A stretch of DNA of 64,000 bases from Octopus vulgaris (Eukaryota): assembly GCA_951406725.2 (NCBI GenBank), contig OX597831.1, forward strand, positions 38,130,001 to 38,194,000. Direction: 5' to 3'. How positions within the stretch are numbered: the first letter of the stretch is position 1; every line of letters begins with the position of its first letter. The notes under the pieces were generated by a model. It did no database searches and was not told the DNA's origin. It saw only the letters and a list, made by a program, of their open reading frames with translations. The translations under genes and the position numbers were made by a program. Below are positions 27,504-41,000 of the stretch, piece by piece.

Positions 27504-28469
27504 TATATACATATTTATATACGCGCGCATACACATGTATATATATATATATAAATCCATATGTATGTATAGCTTTCTTTTATCTTAATTATATAATCAC
27601 GTCAGTGTCTGTGATTGTTGTTTGTATATGCGTAAATATGTGAGAGCGCGGCTGTATCCAATTTCATATACGCTTACCTATATACACGGAACGTTCATGC
27701 ATCCGCTTAAATATTTATATAAATATAAAGACGTCCATACACGTCTACATATACATGTATACGTATAAATAAACAGACGTATGTGATTATTATTATTTTT
27801 ATGATTATTATTATCATTATTTTTATTGTGATGATGTTGATCATCATGATCATGATTATCTTTTTATCAGCATTATTGTCATTGATGGATAAAGTATGGA
27901 TTACCTTTAAGAAACTATAATTTTCATATCTTTTAATTCTGTTGATGGATACAATTTCTATAACACTTTCATATTTTAGGTAAACACTTTATTTTATTTA
28001 TTTATCATTGAAGAATATATTTCACGATAATCATGATTATCAATTGATATATTTGCTATTAAATATAATTAGGTCTAATGATAGAAATGGATGGATTATT
28101 CTTCATTCCTTTACACTGTTTATCATCACTTATACTTCAAATTCCATCACAGGTGATCGTAAAATATATTTACATAATATATATGAGTAAATACGAATTA
28201 CTAGTCTGTAGAAAGGTGTTGTTATATTAAATAACACCATTGCCCATTGAAACAAATTGAGTTAACCGTCATTCCTTCTTTCACGCTGGGATAGAATACC
28301 GTTTATATATATCCATTGAATTACTTCTTCCATATTGAAAGGGAAAAAAGGGCCTGGTAGCTTACTTGTTGATATGCATTGCCTGAATGCAGGATATTCA
28401 TTTATGCTCTTGGTATATATTTTATTAAGATTGCAGACATTTCTAACTGATCTCGCGGGAAACCAAAAA

Positions 28470-28744
28470 ATATAAGAATAAAATTTTAGCTGAATATTTC
28501 CTGCATTGGTAGAAGTGCCAGACGAATCAAAGACTAGCGTTATAACATCCATCGTTGAGACCCTGGAAAAGGTCATTAGGGGATTTTAATTAAAGCGGGC
28601 AATCCAGTGGATTATTGCTATTGCTATGCAAGCGGAATCATCCGGGCAAGAATGTATGGTGTTGAACGGCACAAAAAACCTCCTAAGTTCCCAGAAGTAT
28701 AACTTTCGAAGCATATCAGAACATCCAGGAGATGTATCTTCAAT
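28470..28744 (-). pseudogene. Possible decayed CUB-domain exons
   Basis: After tttag: IEDTSPGCSDML, frameshift, ESYTSGNLGGFLCRSTP. After ctaatgaccttttccag (branch point plus acceptor, exon start 28562): VSTMDVITLVFDSSGTSTNAGNIQLKFYSY. This resembles the C-terminal half of a CUB domain by eye only. Confidence 0.35.
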
Positions 28745-29704
28745 CTAAACTATATTTCGTCGAATACAGCGTGATAGAGTAAGTAGCAGACATCAAAGAA
28801 ATACTGGGGCGGATTTGATTGATTGAAGTCTTTAATTTTATGCTCCAGCATGACCCACATCAGATAATTGAAACCAGTAAAAATAAATACAATTGAGTGT
28901 GCGTTTTATTAATAAATTGTAGTTATTTTGACTAGACTCACTGTAGTCCCCACTTAATATCACATTATATCATTGCATTCCTCTTCCTCTCGGATTCCAT
29001 GCTATGTCTCCTTTCATTTTCTCAGCCTTTTTCCCTGACTTCCTATTTACTCTTAATAATTAACTTCCAGTTGGGAATATTATTACTCATCGTATATACT
29101 GCAACTGTATTGATAGATACTTTGCTACATCTGACATTTCGCTTACTATTATATATTGATATAAACCCTCCTAACCTTTATATTCATTAATGTATGGTGA
29201 ACTCTGCTTAGTTCATCAATGTCTAAATATTTCAAACTATTTCCACTCTGTTCTTTCTAATCACTCTAAAAATATTAGTGGATTCGATATTAATTTTCGT
29301 CACATCATGTGACCTTTACTACATTTGTTTTCCGAATTTTTTATGCAATTGCTCCTGTTCATTCTGTATGTACACTGTGTATCCAATAGTGTTTGCGGTT
29401 TTACGTAATTGTTATCAACATGTCTCAAAATTAATACATAAATCTTTACGTCTTTTTCAGCCGATTGCTTCTAGGTAAAATAAACTTTACCTTATTTTTT
29501 CGACCCTTTATGTTCGAAACCCAAATGCAGCGGCTCATAAATTTTATCTTTTACCCTTTCGGGATTGACAACATGCAGTACCACTCATTCAAGTAAAAAG
29601 GTCCATGATATCGGCTAAAAATTCCCAGTAACATTGTTGGCTTTGCCCCTAAATCACAAACAAGTATTTACGTCTTTCAGGCTTTGAAATATAAAACAAT
29701 TGTT

Positions 29705-30105
29705 TCCTATCTAGAACCACCATATTGTATGGTAGTGAAACATGGACACTGTCAATGAAGTTATCAAATGGGCTAAATGGATGCTACAGAAGGATACTAT
29801 GAATAACCCTAAATGTGAAATGACAACATAGTTCAAATGAATGCATTTATGGTAACGTTGCGAAAGTTAGCGAGATGATCAATGAAAGATAGCTGCAACC
29901 GTCTGGTCACTGCATGCCTAAACCTAAGGTGGAAGTATCCAGACTGGAATTGTGGAACTCTCTTCATGGTACGAAGAGGAAAACTTCGTCACACTTATGT
30001 CAACTACTTGTTTGTAGACACTAGCCTGGAATATATTCAGGACTTTGAGGCAGTGATGATGGAACGAGAGGTGTGGCGGGAAAACATTCCTGCTGCGGAC
30101 CGAAG
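29705..30105 (+). mobile_element. RTE-clade LINE 3' fragment
   Basis: Broken frames read LYGSETWTL..LNGCYRRIL..LNVK..SNECIYG..SGHC..RGK..TYV..MMEREVWR. Confidence 0.8.
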
Positions 30106-30109
30106 TATA

Positions 30110-30307
30110 ACCGGCCATAAACATAAATTTGGGGGGAGGGGGAAAGTCAATTACATTGATCCAGTATTTGACGGATACAATTTTATAGAGCCCGAAAGGA
30201 TGAAATTCAAAGTCGATCTCGCGAAATTTGAAATCAGAACGTAAGAACAGATGAAAGACCATAAAGCATTTTGCCCGGCGTGCTAACGATTCTGCTAGCT
30301 GGCCACC
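30110..30307 (-). mobile_element. SINE family A copy next to a long (AAT)n array
   Basis: cccgaaaggatgaaattcaaagtcgatctc..aagcattttgcccggcgtgctaacgattctgctagct. Confidence 0.8.
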
Positions 30308-30438
<131 letters not shown>

Positions 30439-30561
30439 AATAATAATAATAATAATATTAATAATAATCATTGTTCGACCGTGGTCGAGTCAATGGAATT
30501 TACTATGTTCATTATAACTACGGAGGCCCTGTTGTTGGATGCCTGTATCCCTGGAGATTAC

Positions 30562-30620
<59 letters not shown>

Positions 30621-30625
<5 letters not shown>

Positions 30626-32199
30626 CCTAGGGGTAATTGAAGGGAACGGAATAAGGCATTCAGAATGCTAGGAAAGGATCAGGAGAGAATGCTATCGAAG
30701 AGTGAGAGCAATACTCAAGACAGAGCTGAATGCAAGAAACAGGATCGAAGCGATCAATGCATTAGCCATATCAGTCGTGACTTACAGTTTCAATATTGTT
30801 AACTGGTCAATTACTGAAATATGTCAGCTCGACAGAAAAATAAGGAAACTGTTGACAATGCATAGAATGCACCACCCTAAGGCAGATGCAGAACGACTCT
30901 ATCTGCCAAGAAAAGAGGGAGGCCGTGGTCTTTTGCAACTGGCAATAACAATGAAGATTGCTACAATTGGCCTAGACACCTACCTGAAAAACTCTGAGGA
31001 CTGGATGTTAAAACTTGTCTCAAAACATGAAAACAAGAAAGCATCATACTCAGTCACAAAACAGGCAAATGAATATCTAAGTGAATTCCGAATACAACCA
31101 ATTTCGGAATTAGAGATAGACATACAAGAAACAAGCACAGAAAAAGCTAGGCGCATGAAAAGCCGTGCCAAAACTGCAGCCTTAGATATTCTGAATAATA
31201 AATGGCAAGAAAAACCTCTCTATGGCAAATACCCAAAGAGAGCCAATAATGCAGATATCGACAAAGCCCTGACCCACCAATGGCTAATGGCCTCTGGCTT
31301 AAAATCTGAAACAGAGGGGTTTATCATAGCAGCTCAAGATCAATGCCTACCAACAAGAAACTACCAGGCCAACATATTAAAGAACGGCAGTAGCCCAACA
31401 TGTCGTGTATGCCGACAACAAAATTAAACCATTGATCATGTTGTCTCCAAATGCAGTCTTCTAGCGCCTACAGAGTACCTCAATAGGCATGATAGAGCTG
31501 CACAATATATTCACTGGGTAATTTGCAAAAACCTGGATTTGCCCCATGAAAAAACCTGGTGGGAACACAATCTACCTCCAGTGCTTGAAAATGACCACAT
31601 CTCACTCCTCTGGAACTTCACCATTCAAACTGACAGGAAGATAGATGCAAATAGGTCAGACATCATATTGAAAGACTTCAGACAAAGAACATGCCTCCTC
31701 ATTGATATGACTGTCCCAATCGATATAAACGTATCTGTCAAGACCTACCAAAAACTGAGCAAATATAAAGATCTTGAAATAGAAATCAACAAAATGTGGA
31801 AGCTGAAGACTAAAACAATACCTGTTGTCATAGGTGCCCTGGGAATGATAGCGAAAGGGACTACCTAACTCAGATACCAGGAAACCCCACGATGGCAGAA
31901 ATTCAAAAGATAGTGCTCATGGGAACTGCTCATATCCTACGCAAAATACTCTCTATGTAATCCCAAGGTTTAAAACAACCTTTTTTTATTTTTATTTTAA
32001 TTTTTTTTATTTTTTTATTTTATTTTATTTATTTAAAATTTTTTTTTTTATGTATTAGACATTCACTAGTACAACACCAAAAAAAAACAAACCCTCCCCC
32101 CAAATATATGGCACATAACTTCCAACCTGTTGTCTATTGAGGTCTCTGGGTGAGACTTGGAGCCAACTTGTACAGACATAAAGCAAAAGTCAAACATAG
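30621..32199 (+). mobile_element. 5'-truncated R4/Dong-like non-LTR retrotransposon in (AAT)n
   Basis: RT C-terminus (KYLGV..ERLYLPRKEGGRGL), zinc knuckle CRVC..TIDHVVSKC, REL endonuclease RHD..RSDIILKD..LIDMTVP..KLSKYKDL..PVVIGALG. Few stops or frameshifts. (AAT)n at both ends. Confidence 0.95.
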
Positions 32200-32220
32200 A
32201 ATAATAATAATAATAATGGT

Positions 32221-32630
32221 TGGGATTTTATGGTTTAGTGCGACTGTGATAGAGAATAGGAAGCCAGACATAGTATTCAGGGAGAGAAAAAAACTATGCT
32301 GGATCATAGATATAGCATGCCCAGCTGACAATAATGCGATAAAGAAGAAAGAAAAGTTGATAGATATGACAGGTTAGCTTGGGATGTTAAGCAGTTGTGG
32401 TCGATAAAAAAGGTAGCAGTAGTACCAAAAATTGTCGGAGCCCTAGGAACAGTGGGCAAAATTCTCGAGAAGTACGTGCAACAAATAGGGGCTGCAATAC
32501 CGGTGGAGTACTTTCAGAAAACAGCACTGCTTGGAACCACTTGAATACTCGAAAAATAAGAGGTATTTCCTTAGTTCACGGGTAGTGAACAGCTGATACA
32601 TCTCCAGCGTTAGAAGCTGTACAAAGGAAA
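32221..32630 (+). mobile_element. Second R4/Dong-like REL fragment of a different family, followed by (GAT)n(AAT)n
   Basis: WDF..IENRKPDIV..CWIIDIACPAD..VPKIVGALGTV..QKTALLGT. Confidence 0.85.
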
Positions 32631-32671
32631 TGATGATGATGATAATGATGATGATGATGATGATGATGCTG

Positions 32672-32752
<81 letters not shown>

Positions 32753-33511
32753 TTTCTTACTTTCAGAGTCGATAATATTATTTGCAGTTAAGCACTATAC
32801 CCATTGTATATCCACTTTGCCTTTCCGCTAAAATTGTTGGCTTTGCTCCTGGTGCATTACAAACACCACATCATCAATACATATGTTATTTCATTTTCAG
32901 ACATTCTCGAAAGACCAAAAACTAAGTTGGCTTTGCATGATTTAACCTCACAGTACAAGTAGTAGTAATTATAAACAGTTAGACATTTTACCAGTGAGCA
33001 CTCTTTCGACAAACAACTTCTATAATAGATTTTAATAGGTTAACGAAACCAGTGTAACTCGATATTTCTCGGGCTGTTTTCTTTTGAAGATGGGGCTTTG
33101 CGACTAAAATATAAAGGTTTTATACGACTTACAACATTTTCAGAATCTTTCTATTTTCTCTCTTTTTATCCATTGCGTTTCAGTCCAATGGTATTGTAAA
33201 TATATTTTGAACATACATGATCGATTTCTAAAATATTTTGATCGATTCCTAATTTGGCACGATCGATGAAACATTTATTTTACCGATTGCTGGTAATTCA
33301 TGCAAAAACAGAGATACATATATCAAAATTTATATAGATGTACACACACACACATTTATACATTTAAGTGTGTGTGTGTTTGTGTGTGTATGTGTATATA
33401 TGTGTATCTATATATATATATATATATATACACACACATTTATGTATATGTATATATGTATATATATATATATGTATATTTATACATATATATATATATG
33501 TATATTTATTT

Positions 33512-33551
<40 letters not shown>

Positions 33552-33591
33552 TTACGCACATATATATATATGTATATATATATGTATATTT

Positions 33592-33676
<85 letters not shown>

Positions 33677-33823
33677 CATACATTTATGTTTTTCAATAAC
33701 TGATGATATTTCAGAACGTATATGGCAGTGTATAGAATATGACTAAAGTGTCAGATGCTTTAGACCAGGAGAACAATTAGAGATGTCGATTGTTCATATT
33801 AGTCAACGCTCTAATTTTCAGGT

Positions 33824-33905
33824 TACAAATTTGACAATCTTTCTGACATAATGATATATTATTATACAAATTTGACAATCTTTCTGACATAATGATATAT
33901 TATTA
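33824..33905. repeat. Perfect 41-bp tandem duplication
   Basis: tacaaatttgacaatctttctgacataatgatatattatta occurs twice, starting at 33824 and 33865. Confidence 0.95.
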
Positions 33906-34397
33906 ATGGCAACTAACACTAGGCCATTTCGTCGAAGTCTTAGCATGTACGTTCGCGTTAAAGCTGATAATGACCTCTCTCGGAACTCTTATTATAGTCA
34001 AAGACATGCTGAAAGACCTAGCTCGTAGTGTAGAGTTTCTGAAAGAATATTTGTGGGATTGTCATGATTCCAATGACCAGAGGTTTATTCGGTGAAGTTT
34101 CATTAACGTGGAAAGAATATAAGAATGACCGCTTTCAAATATGATGTGGAACTCAACTGTGATATTACAAGGTGATTAATGAATTGTCAGTGTGGCCTTA
34201 TACTTTAGTGTTGCAATATAATTCACTGGATTTTAAAGGTTACAATATTTTGTACAATTCTGCTAAAAGTGTTCTTATATCTTAAGCAGTGTAACGTAGA
34301 TGCAACTTTCATGTGTAGCTGTGAAAAATAGATTTTCCTTATTGTTCCATATACGACAGATACGATTTCCTTATTGTTCCATATATACAGACAGATA

Positions 34398-35400
34398 TGA
34401 TACTTTATTGGCCACACAGGGCTGAACACAGAGGGAACAAAATACAAAGTAGAGCTTTTCTTTTTGGAAACAGAAGGAAAAGAAAAAGAAATAAGAAGGA
34501 AAGGGGTTAGAAAATTCCTTCAAAGGTGATCGTTAAAAGAAAAGAAAAAAAGAATAAGAAAAACCGATCAATAGGGATCGTGTATCATAGAAATGTCAAT
34601 GTAGAAGGGGAAAACAGATTAGGTTTATCCGTAGAAAGAAAAGCCTAAGGTAAAGATCACGGTAACCTTGGGCAATTAGTGTCATGCAGAAACAACACAT
34701 TACAGTGACTCTCTTTTTTCCTTTCTTTTTATTTGGTTCTTTTTTGGTTCCTTGGATTATGCTCAGGCTGGCTCCGTCATTCACAAGTGCCATCCTTGCT
34801 ACATTCACCCATCTTTTTTTGAAACATTCACTAGACAAAATTTCCCTCTCTACTCTCACCTTCCTCTTCAAGTAATACTTGAAGAACTTTATGAGAGATT
34901 GACCAGAGAGGAAAGTGTTTGTCTCTAGACCTTTCAGACGCGTCCACCATACACAGTTTTTCACCATAGCCACAAGTACGATTAAAATGACTCTTCCCTC
35001 CCGTTTCAAGGAAGGAGGCGCGACAATAATCACGATAGACTCGGATGATAAACCGATTCGTACCACACGCGATAGCAGTCGTTCAACATAGGCCCACAGG
35101 TCGGAAATGGTTGGACACTGTACGAGTGCATACAGAACGGTTTCGTCGCTCTGGCCGCATTTCGGGCAGGTCGGCTCCGTACTTCTCGAGTCATGCCTGT
35201 AGAGCTTATCCCGAGCGGGTAGCGCTTCTCGATAGCGCTGCCAGGCCAGGGATCTCTGGAAGTTGTCCATAGATCCCGGACCGAAAGCTGTCTTTAACAG
35301 GAGGGTCAGGTATTCCTTGTCGACGCCCAGGTTCACCTCGATATCGTCATCGTACTTTCCCTCAACGAATCCCCTATAGAATGCTTTGAAGTCGCTCACG
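34398..35400 (-). mobile_element. Tx1/L1-like LINE 3' fragment (zf-RVT cysteine region plus 3' UTR) joined to (GATA)n
   Basis: ORF 34596-35435: FQRSLAWQ..ALP..CPKCGQSDETVLYALVQC..LWAYVE..KNCVWWTR..F..RW. The 5' junction runs directly into (GATA)n. Confidence 0.85.
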
Positions 35401-35475
35401 GACAGATAGATAGATAGAAAGATAGATAGATACATAGATAGATAGACTGACAGAATAATAGACAGACAGACAGAC

Positions 35476-35550
<75 letters not shown>

Positions 35551-35669
35551 CAGATAATGTTATATTATTTATCGGTCGGTAGGCTTTATTGTATGAGCCC
35601 ATTATATATTTACCATTAGTACACGAGCATATAAAAAATATTACTAATCCGGCCTGAATTAAAGTAGAT

Positions 35670-35716
<47 letters not shown>

Positions 35717-36072
35717 TTGCATACATGTACTCATGTAGATGCGTGCAACACAGTGTGTATGTGTGTATCAACTCGTCTGTCGATGTGACAATATCCATGC
35801 ACCAGGCGTAGCCCTGGCACTAAGAAATATATCGTAGGAAAATTATATGGAAAGAAAATTTGGGCAGATCCGTTGAGTAGAATACAGCTGAAGTTAACAA
35901 TTTGACGTAATTTCCTGCTAAACCTCTCAGGCGATTCCCCTAAGCGTACACTTGCTAGGCGTCTGCACTATACTTAAAGAATCGGCAAACATCATTCTGG
36001 AATACATAAAATCGAATCTGTTGGAGCAGCATTTGAATACTTACAAACAGACGCAGTCTTACACGCAGGTAT

Positions 36073-36134
<62 letters not shown>

Positions 36135-36138
<4 letters not shown>

Positions 36139-36323
36139 GTCCCGGGTTGAGTCGGGGTTAACCACAGTAAATAAGGTACTCAATACATGGCAGAGTAAAT
36201 TAATTTATTTTATAGAAGGAGCTTCTACAGGACTAGAACTGTTTCATTCAAATGAAATTTATCAGGTTTCATTTGAATGAAACAGTTCTAGTCCTGTAGA
36301 AGCTCCTTCTATAAAATAAATAA

Positions 36324-36325
<2 letters not shown>
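36135..36325 (-). mobile_element. PLE-type fold-back remnant: 55-bp inverted repeat plus tail within (TA)n
   Basis: Arms 36203-36257 and 36267-36321 with a 9-nt spacer. Minus strand reads CTGATAA..ttca-tt-tgaat-GAAAC-agttcta-GTC, a degenerate hammerhead. Confidence 0.75.
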
Positions 36326-36403
<78 letters not shown>

Positions 36404-36796
36404 ATATATGTGTGTATGTGTGTGTATTTGTATATGCAGAGACAGAGAGAACGAGAGAGATAAGCAGAAAGACAGACAGACAAATAGATAGATATAGGTA
36501 TGTATGTATATATACATATACACTCACACACACACACATACCATATATGCACATATGTATATACACACATATATGCATATATGCAGAACTGCGTTTATAT
36601 TTAACCGAGAGACCATGGGTTGAGGTTAGAGTGTTTTTCTTACAATTCTAAGATCGTAGTTTTAATTCCTGGACAGGGTGGCGTGTTGTGTCCCTAAGCT
36701 TCATTTCTGCGATCAGTTCAACACCTGATGTATCGTACACCGTGCACCTGTCCAGGTAATGTCAATGCGATGAAGGCGGTAGGATGAAGCGCAACA

Positions 36797-37677
36797 CACG
36801 AAGTGCTCTCCAAAATTATCCAACTTTATTTTTTCAAACCAAAACTAATGCTGCGTGGGAAAAATCCTTTGAGCGGAAGACGACAGCATCTTTCTTCCGC
36901 ACATGTGAAAATTTTCGCGATAGTAAATTACATCAGTTCATCCCTGTTTTACGTAGAGTACAGATGTGTAGTGCGCAGTCGACAAATGTTCATACTCACG
37001 CAAGAAGACAATGCATCGAGCGCAGACCATAAACCCTTCTCATATCACCACTTATGGTGGTCTTCATGATGTCTGGTTCATGGTTTGCACAGTCCAGCAT
37101 ACCCTGAGCGATTTCCAAGCTGTGTTGCTTCTGATGGTTCACAGCTCCTTGGGGACAAATTTCGCCTCACTCATTGCATGCACAAACCCTTCGCTAAAAT
37201 ACAATGCTCTGATCCTATTGTTATTCCCACTTCGTGAGTAATTCCTTCGATTGCTACAAGTCGTTCTTACATAACTATATTCCTAACGGCTTCCCGTTTC
37301 GGTTTGGAGGTAAACTATCTCAGCGTGCCTTGCTCTCCACTCAGCTGTAGCCTTGTTTGGAGCGGTGATACTACTTGTTAATCTGGGTTTTGCTCATGAC
37401 ATCGTCACCATAGGCCTGCGGAATCCTCTAAACATTTCAGATTGAATGTCACCAATAGTTTGGCAAAACTTACAATCTCTCTACTCGATGCGTTCGGCAG
37501 AAACACAATTCCGACGTGCCCACGTTACTGGTCTGGACTCGAGGTTAGGTATTGACGCGGCCTACCCCGGCGAAAATGTTCACTCATACGCAGAAAATAC
37601 CCAGAGTATTTTGGCGACGAGGCCTTAGATTTGGGAGGGAAAAATGAAGTCGGATATTTTTCAATGTGCCACGTAAA
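36797..37677 (-). mobile_element. Decayed, internally deleted mariner element
   Basis: Imperfect TIRs (cacgaagtgctctccaaaattatccaactttatttt vs the reverse complement tacgtggcacattgaaaaatatccgacttcattttt). Frames give KFCQ..AYGDDVMSKTQI..AKFVPKEL..TISGD..VYG. Confidence 0.75.
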
Positions 37678-37776
37678 TATTTGTTGACTGTAAATAAAAT
37701 ATTTATGCACCTTATTTAACAAGGAACTACCGAATCCTCTTTCTCGGACTACGAGATTCTGACATAAAGTAACTTT

Positions 37777-37855
<79 letters not shown>

Positions 37856-37883
37856 CATGAGCACTCACATATAAACAGACGAG

Positions 37884-37928
<45 letters not shown>

Positions 37929-38360
37929 ACGCTTAGACACATAACTACGCACACACGCACATGTACACAAATGTATATACATATAGTTGCACATATATGC
38001 CTGTTATTTGAAATAAGAATTCGATTTGTAATAGTTAATTAGGTTTTCTCACAACGGATATGAAAATTAATGTTATTTTATTTGCTTAGAAAAAAACCCT
38101 ACAATATTTAAGATTGTCAAAATATGAGAATATTGCTCAAAACAAAATGAATGTGAAGGATCATTTTAATTTTAAGATAATTGATATTTTAATAAAAGTA
38201 AATAAGAATAATTTTCTCCAACGGAAGATATTGTTAATTGGAAATTAAAATTAGTTGTTTTACTCTCCACTCTCTACATCTAACCTTAATTGTAATGTGG
38301 GTGTATACAAATATATATACATATATATATATTATTGATACTATTATTATTATTATTATT

Positions 38361-38914
38361 GAGTGAGAGAGCAGTGCATGTCATCAAAGTGGCATTGGGG
38401 TAAAATATATGAAGCCCAGTATACCCATCGTGACTACCCGTCTGATAAGGGTACACCAGGCACATGCATCACAACCATATGTGCGCGACATGGTGATCTC
38501 ATATCAAGATAAACAGCACATGACCTTGCAGGTGGGGCCCAGTTAGAAGTTTCTTCAGGTCGAGTAGCCCATCCCGCTCAAAAGGTCCCTGAATAAGGGT
38601 TGCTTTAGGATGTTGAACGAACTACTCATGTTTCCAAAGGGGAATTATCCAAACCTCCAAGAATTCCTTTCAACACACAGCTATGATGCTCCTCCACTAC
38701 TTCTGCTCGTGATCAGAGATGCACATATCGCCAGTCACTAAGGGACATGCTCAACTGGTTATGGTCAAACAACTGACAAGCAAATCTGTGGTATTGAGCA
38801 GAATATTTGCTGTAGCCCATCTTTTATACCAAGACAAAACAATGTATATGATAACACTTCCAATCAGTTAAAATGAAAAGCCATTAGAGCCACTGCCTGG
38901 TACTGCATCAGGGC

Positions 38915-38918
<4 letters not shown>
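38361..38918 (-). mobile_element. Non-coding interspersed element in (TTA)n, likely a 3' UTR or non-autonomous partner of an AAT-targeting LINE
   Basis: A GC-richer ~560-bp block sharply bounded by (TTA)n on both sides, with no ORF. Confidence 0.55.
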
Positions 38919-38948
<30 letters not shown>

Positions 38949-39011
38949 GACTTGTGGAAACGCGCGGGATGATGCATTAAATATTCATAAATTCCGTCCA
39001 CGGATTTTTCA

Positions 39012-39069
<58 letters not shown>

Positions 39070-39129
39070 TTATATATTTATTTATTTATTTATTTACTTA
39101 TATACAATTATATGTAAATATGTATGTAT

Positions 39130-39350
39130 TTTTGTGCGAGTGTTTGTACCTCCACCATCGCTTGACAACCGACGCTGGTGTATTTACGTTACCATAAGCT
39201 AGTGGTTCGGCGAGCTAATGACAGATAGAATAAGTACTCGACTAACAAAGAATAAGTCCTGGGGTCGACTTCTTCGACTAACATCCTTTACGGCTGTACT
39301 GCAGCATGGCCTTAGTCAATTGATTGTAACATGTAAACGAATAAAAGATA
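39130..39350 (+). mobile_element. SINE family C, 3' half
   Basis: catcgcttgacaaccga..gatagaataagtact..caaagaataagtcctggggtcga..gcagcatggcc. Another copy lies at ~50470-50655. Confidence 0.8.
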
Positions 39351-40099
39351 ATATAATATACGTATTATATACGTATATATAATCTTTTGTGCTTCTACAT
39401 GTATACAGTCAGCTCTTACTCAGGAACAGGAACACCTGTGGTGCGTTAAATGCCGCGTTTAACTAACTGATCTAGTTTACCTGTTTAGTTTTTGACCCGA
39501 CATAGATACCTTTTTGGTGCAGCACCCATGTATCAACAAAATATGGAAGATAGAAATATATTTCATAACATCTGGCTAATGCACATTACAAGTGGAGTGA
39601 CGTGAACAGAAGTACCGTGTTTGAATACGCATAGCACTACCTGGTCCAAAAATTGAACCCAAGACCTTGTGATGATGATCCCAATTAAATGTGTTTCTCT
39701 AACAATTTTACTAAACATTGCATTTTACTTATAGAAGAAAGTAAATAAATATTTTCCCAACAAGCATCAGAAATCAACTTGGGGAAGCGTATCATCATGT
39801 GATTTATATCTATGGATGCCAGATTAAAGGTGCAATAGTTTATTACTGTAAGTAGTAAGCCGATATCCCGTCCAAATCATTGCTTGAATGAAGAAAACAA
39901 ACACTGTGTCGATGATTTTCCACATAGATGAAGCAGATACGATATTGTGTTCATAGTTGAATACACCATTGTATACATTGGTGAATTTGTACTATGTATA
40001 TGGGATTATTCCAAAAGATTTGAGAAATGCAGAATAAATGTGCTGGTAGAAGAACAACTAAAATCCTCGTCATAGCTTTGAACTGTCAGCAAGTCGCGC

Positions 40100-41000
40100 A
40101 GTAATTTACCTTGTTGTATATCTCAACTCTGTATCGCGAACATTGCTGACATTAACAGTTTGAATTATGAACAAAGATGAAGGGAAAGTTATTAGTAGAA
40201 TATCAATATAAAAATGGTGCACAGAGAGTTCAGAGTAAATTCCGATCTGATACTGTTTTATTTGCAAATGTTTGGAAGCTATAATTAATTCCTTCAACTC
40301 TTGGCCCCAATTTGCTCTAGCAAAGTTGAAATATTGTCTATAGAGCTGTAATTTATTGGGTAATAACACATTTCATTACTTTCTAATGGCCTGGTTACAT
40401 TCTTGCTTGGCAATCATTTCTTATTGGGGGTTTTCAAATTATAGCGACATATAATCGCTGAAACTTAAAAGTCAAAAGAAATGCTTTGCCCTGTCATTGT
40501 GTCTTTTGACGTATGCATTTCATGAACTTAAATCATACATTCAGCAGTGCAGTTAAGTCCAATAAATTCAATATTGGTATATATGAAGTGGATTATAGCT
40601 GGCATTATTTCTATTAGGGTGATGTATTATAGATGTTTAGTCAAGCCTGACATGAATTACGGTTGGAACAATAACTGTTTCATTTGGTGTAAAATTTCTT
40701 AATGTATTGTATATAGTAGTACCGCCCTGGAATTTAGCCGTAGTAGTAAGATATTAAACAGTGTCCAGAGTAGACGAAGAAGCTATCCAATCAATTGCCA
40801 ATAGTATTTATAGGACATATCAATCAAAGTCATTATATTATTATTTGAATTATTACAGCCGAAACACTTATATACTGGAATGAGAGTCTTTTGTTTAAAC
40901 TTGTAAATGTTTTCCAGTTGATAGGAGTAGCACAACGAAAAGCATGGAAGAGATGTAGCCATCAGCTTCGAAACTAATTATCCAGTTCGGAACTTGAAGA
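40100..41000 (-). mobile_element. Very old LINE reverse-transcriptase fossil (CR1/L2-like)
   Basis: Faint motifs in the expected order on the minus strand: ADG..LIPVYK..P-I..FD..Q..GP..FANKT (FADDT-like), with many stops. Confidence 0.3.
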
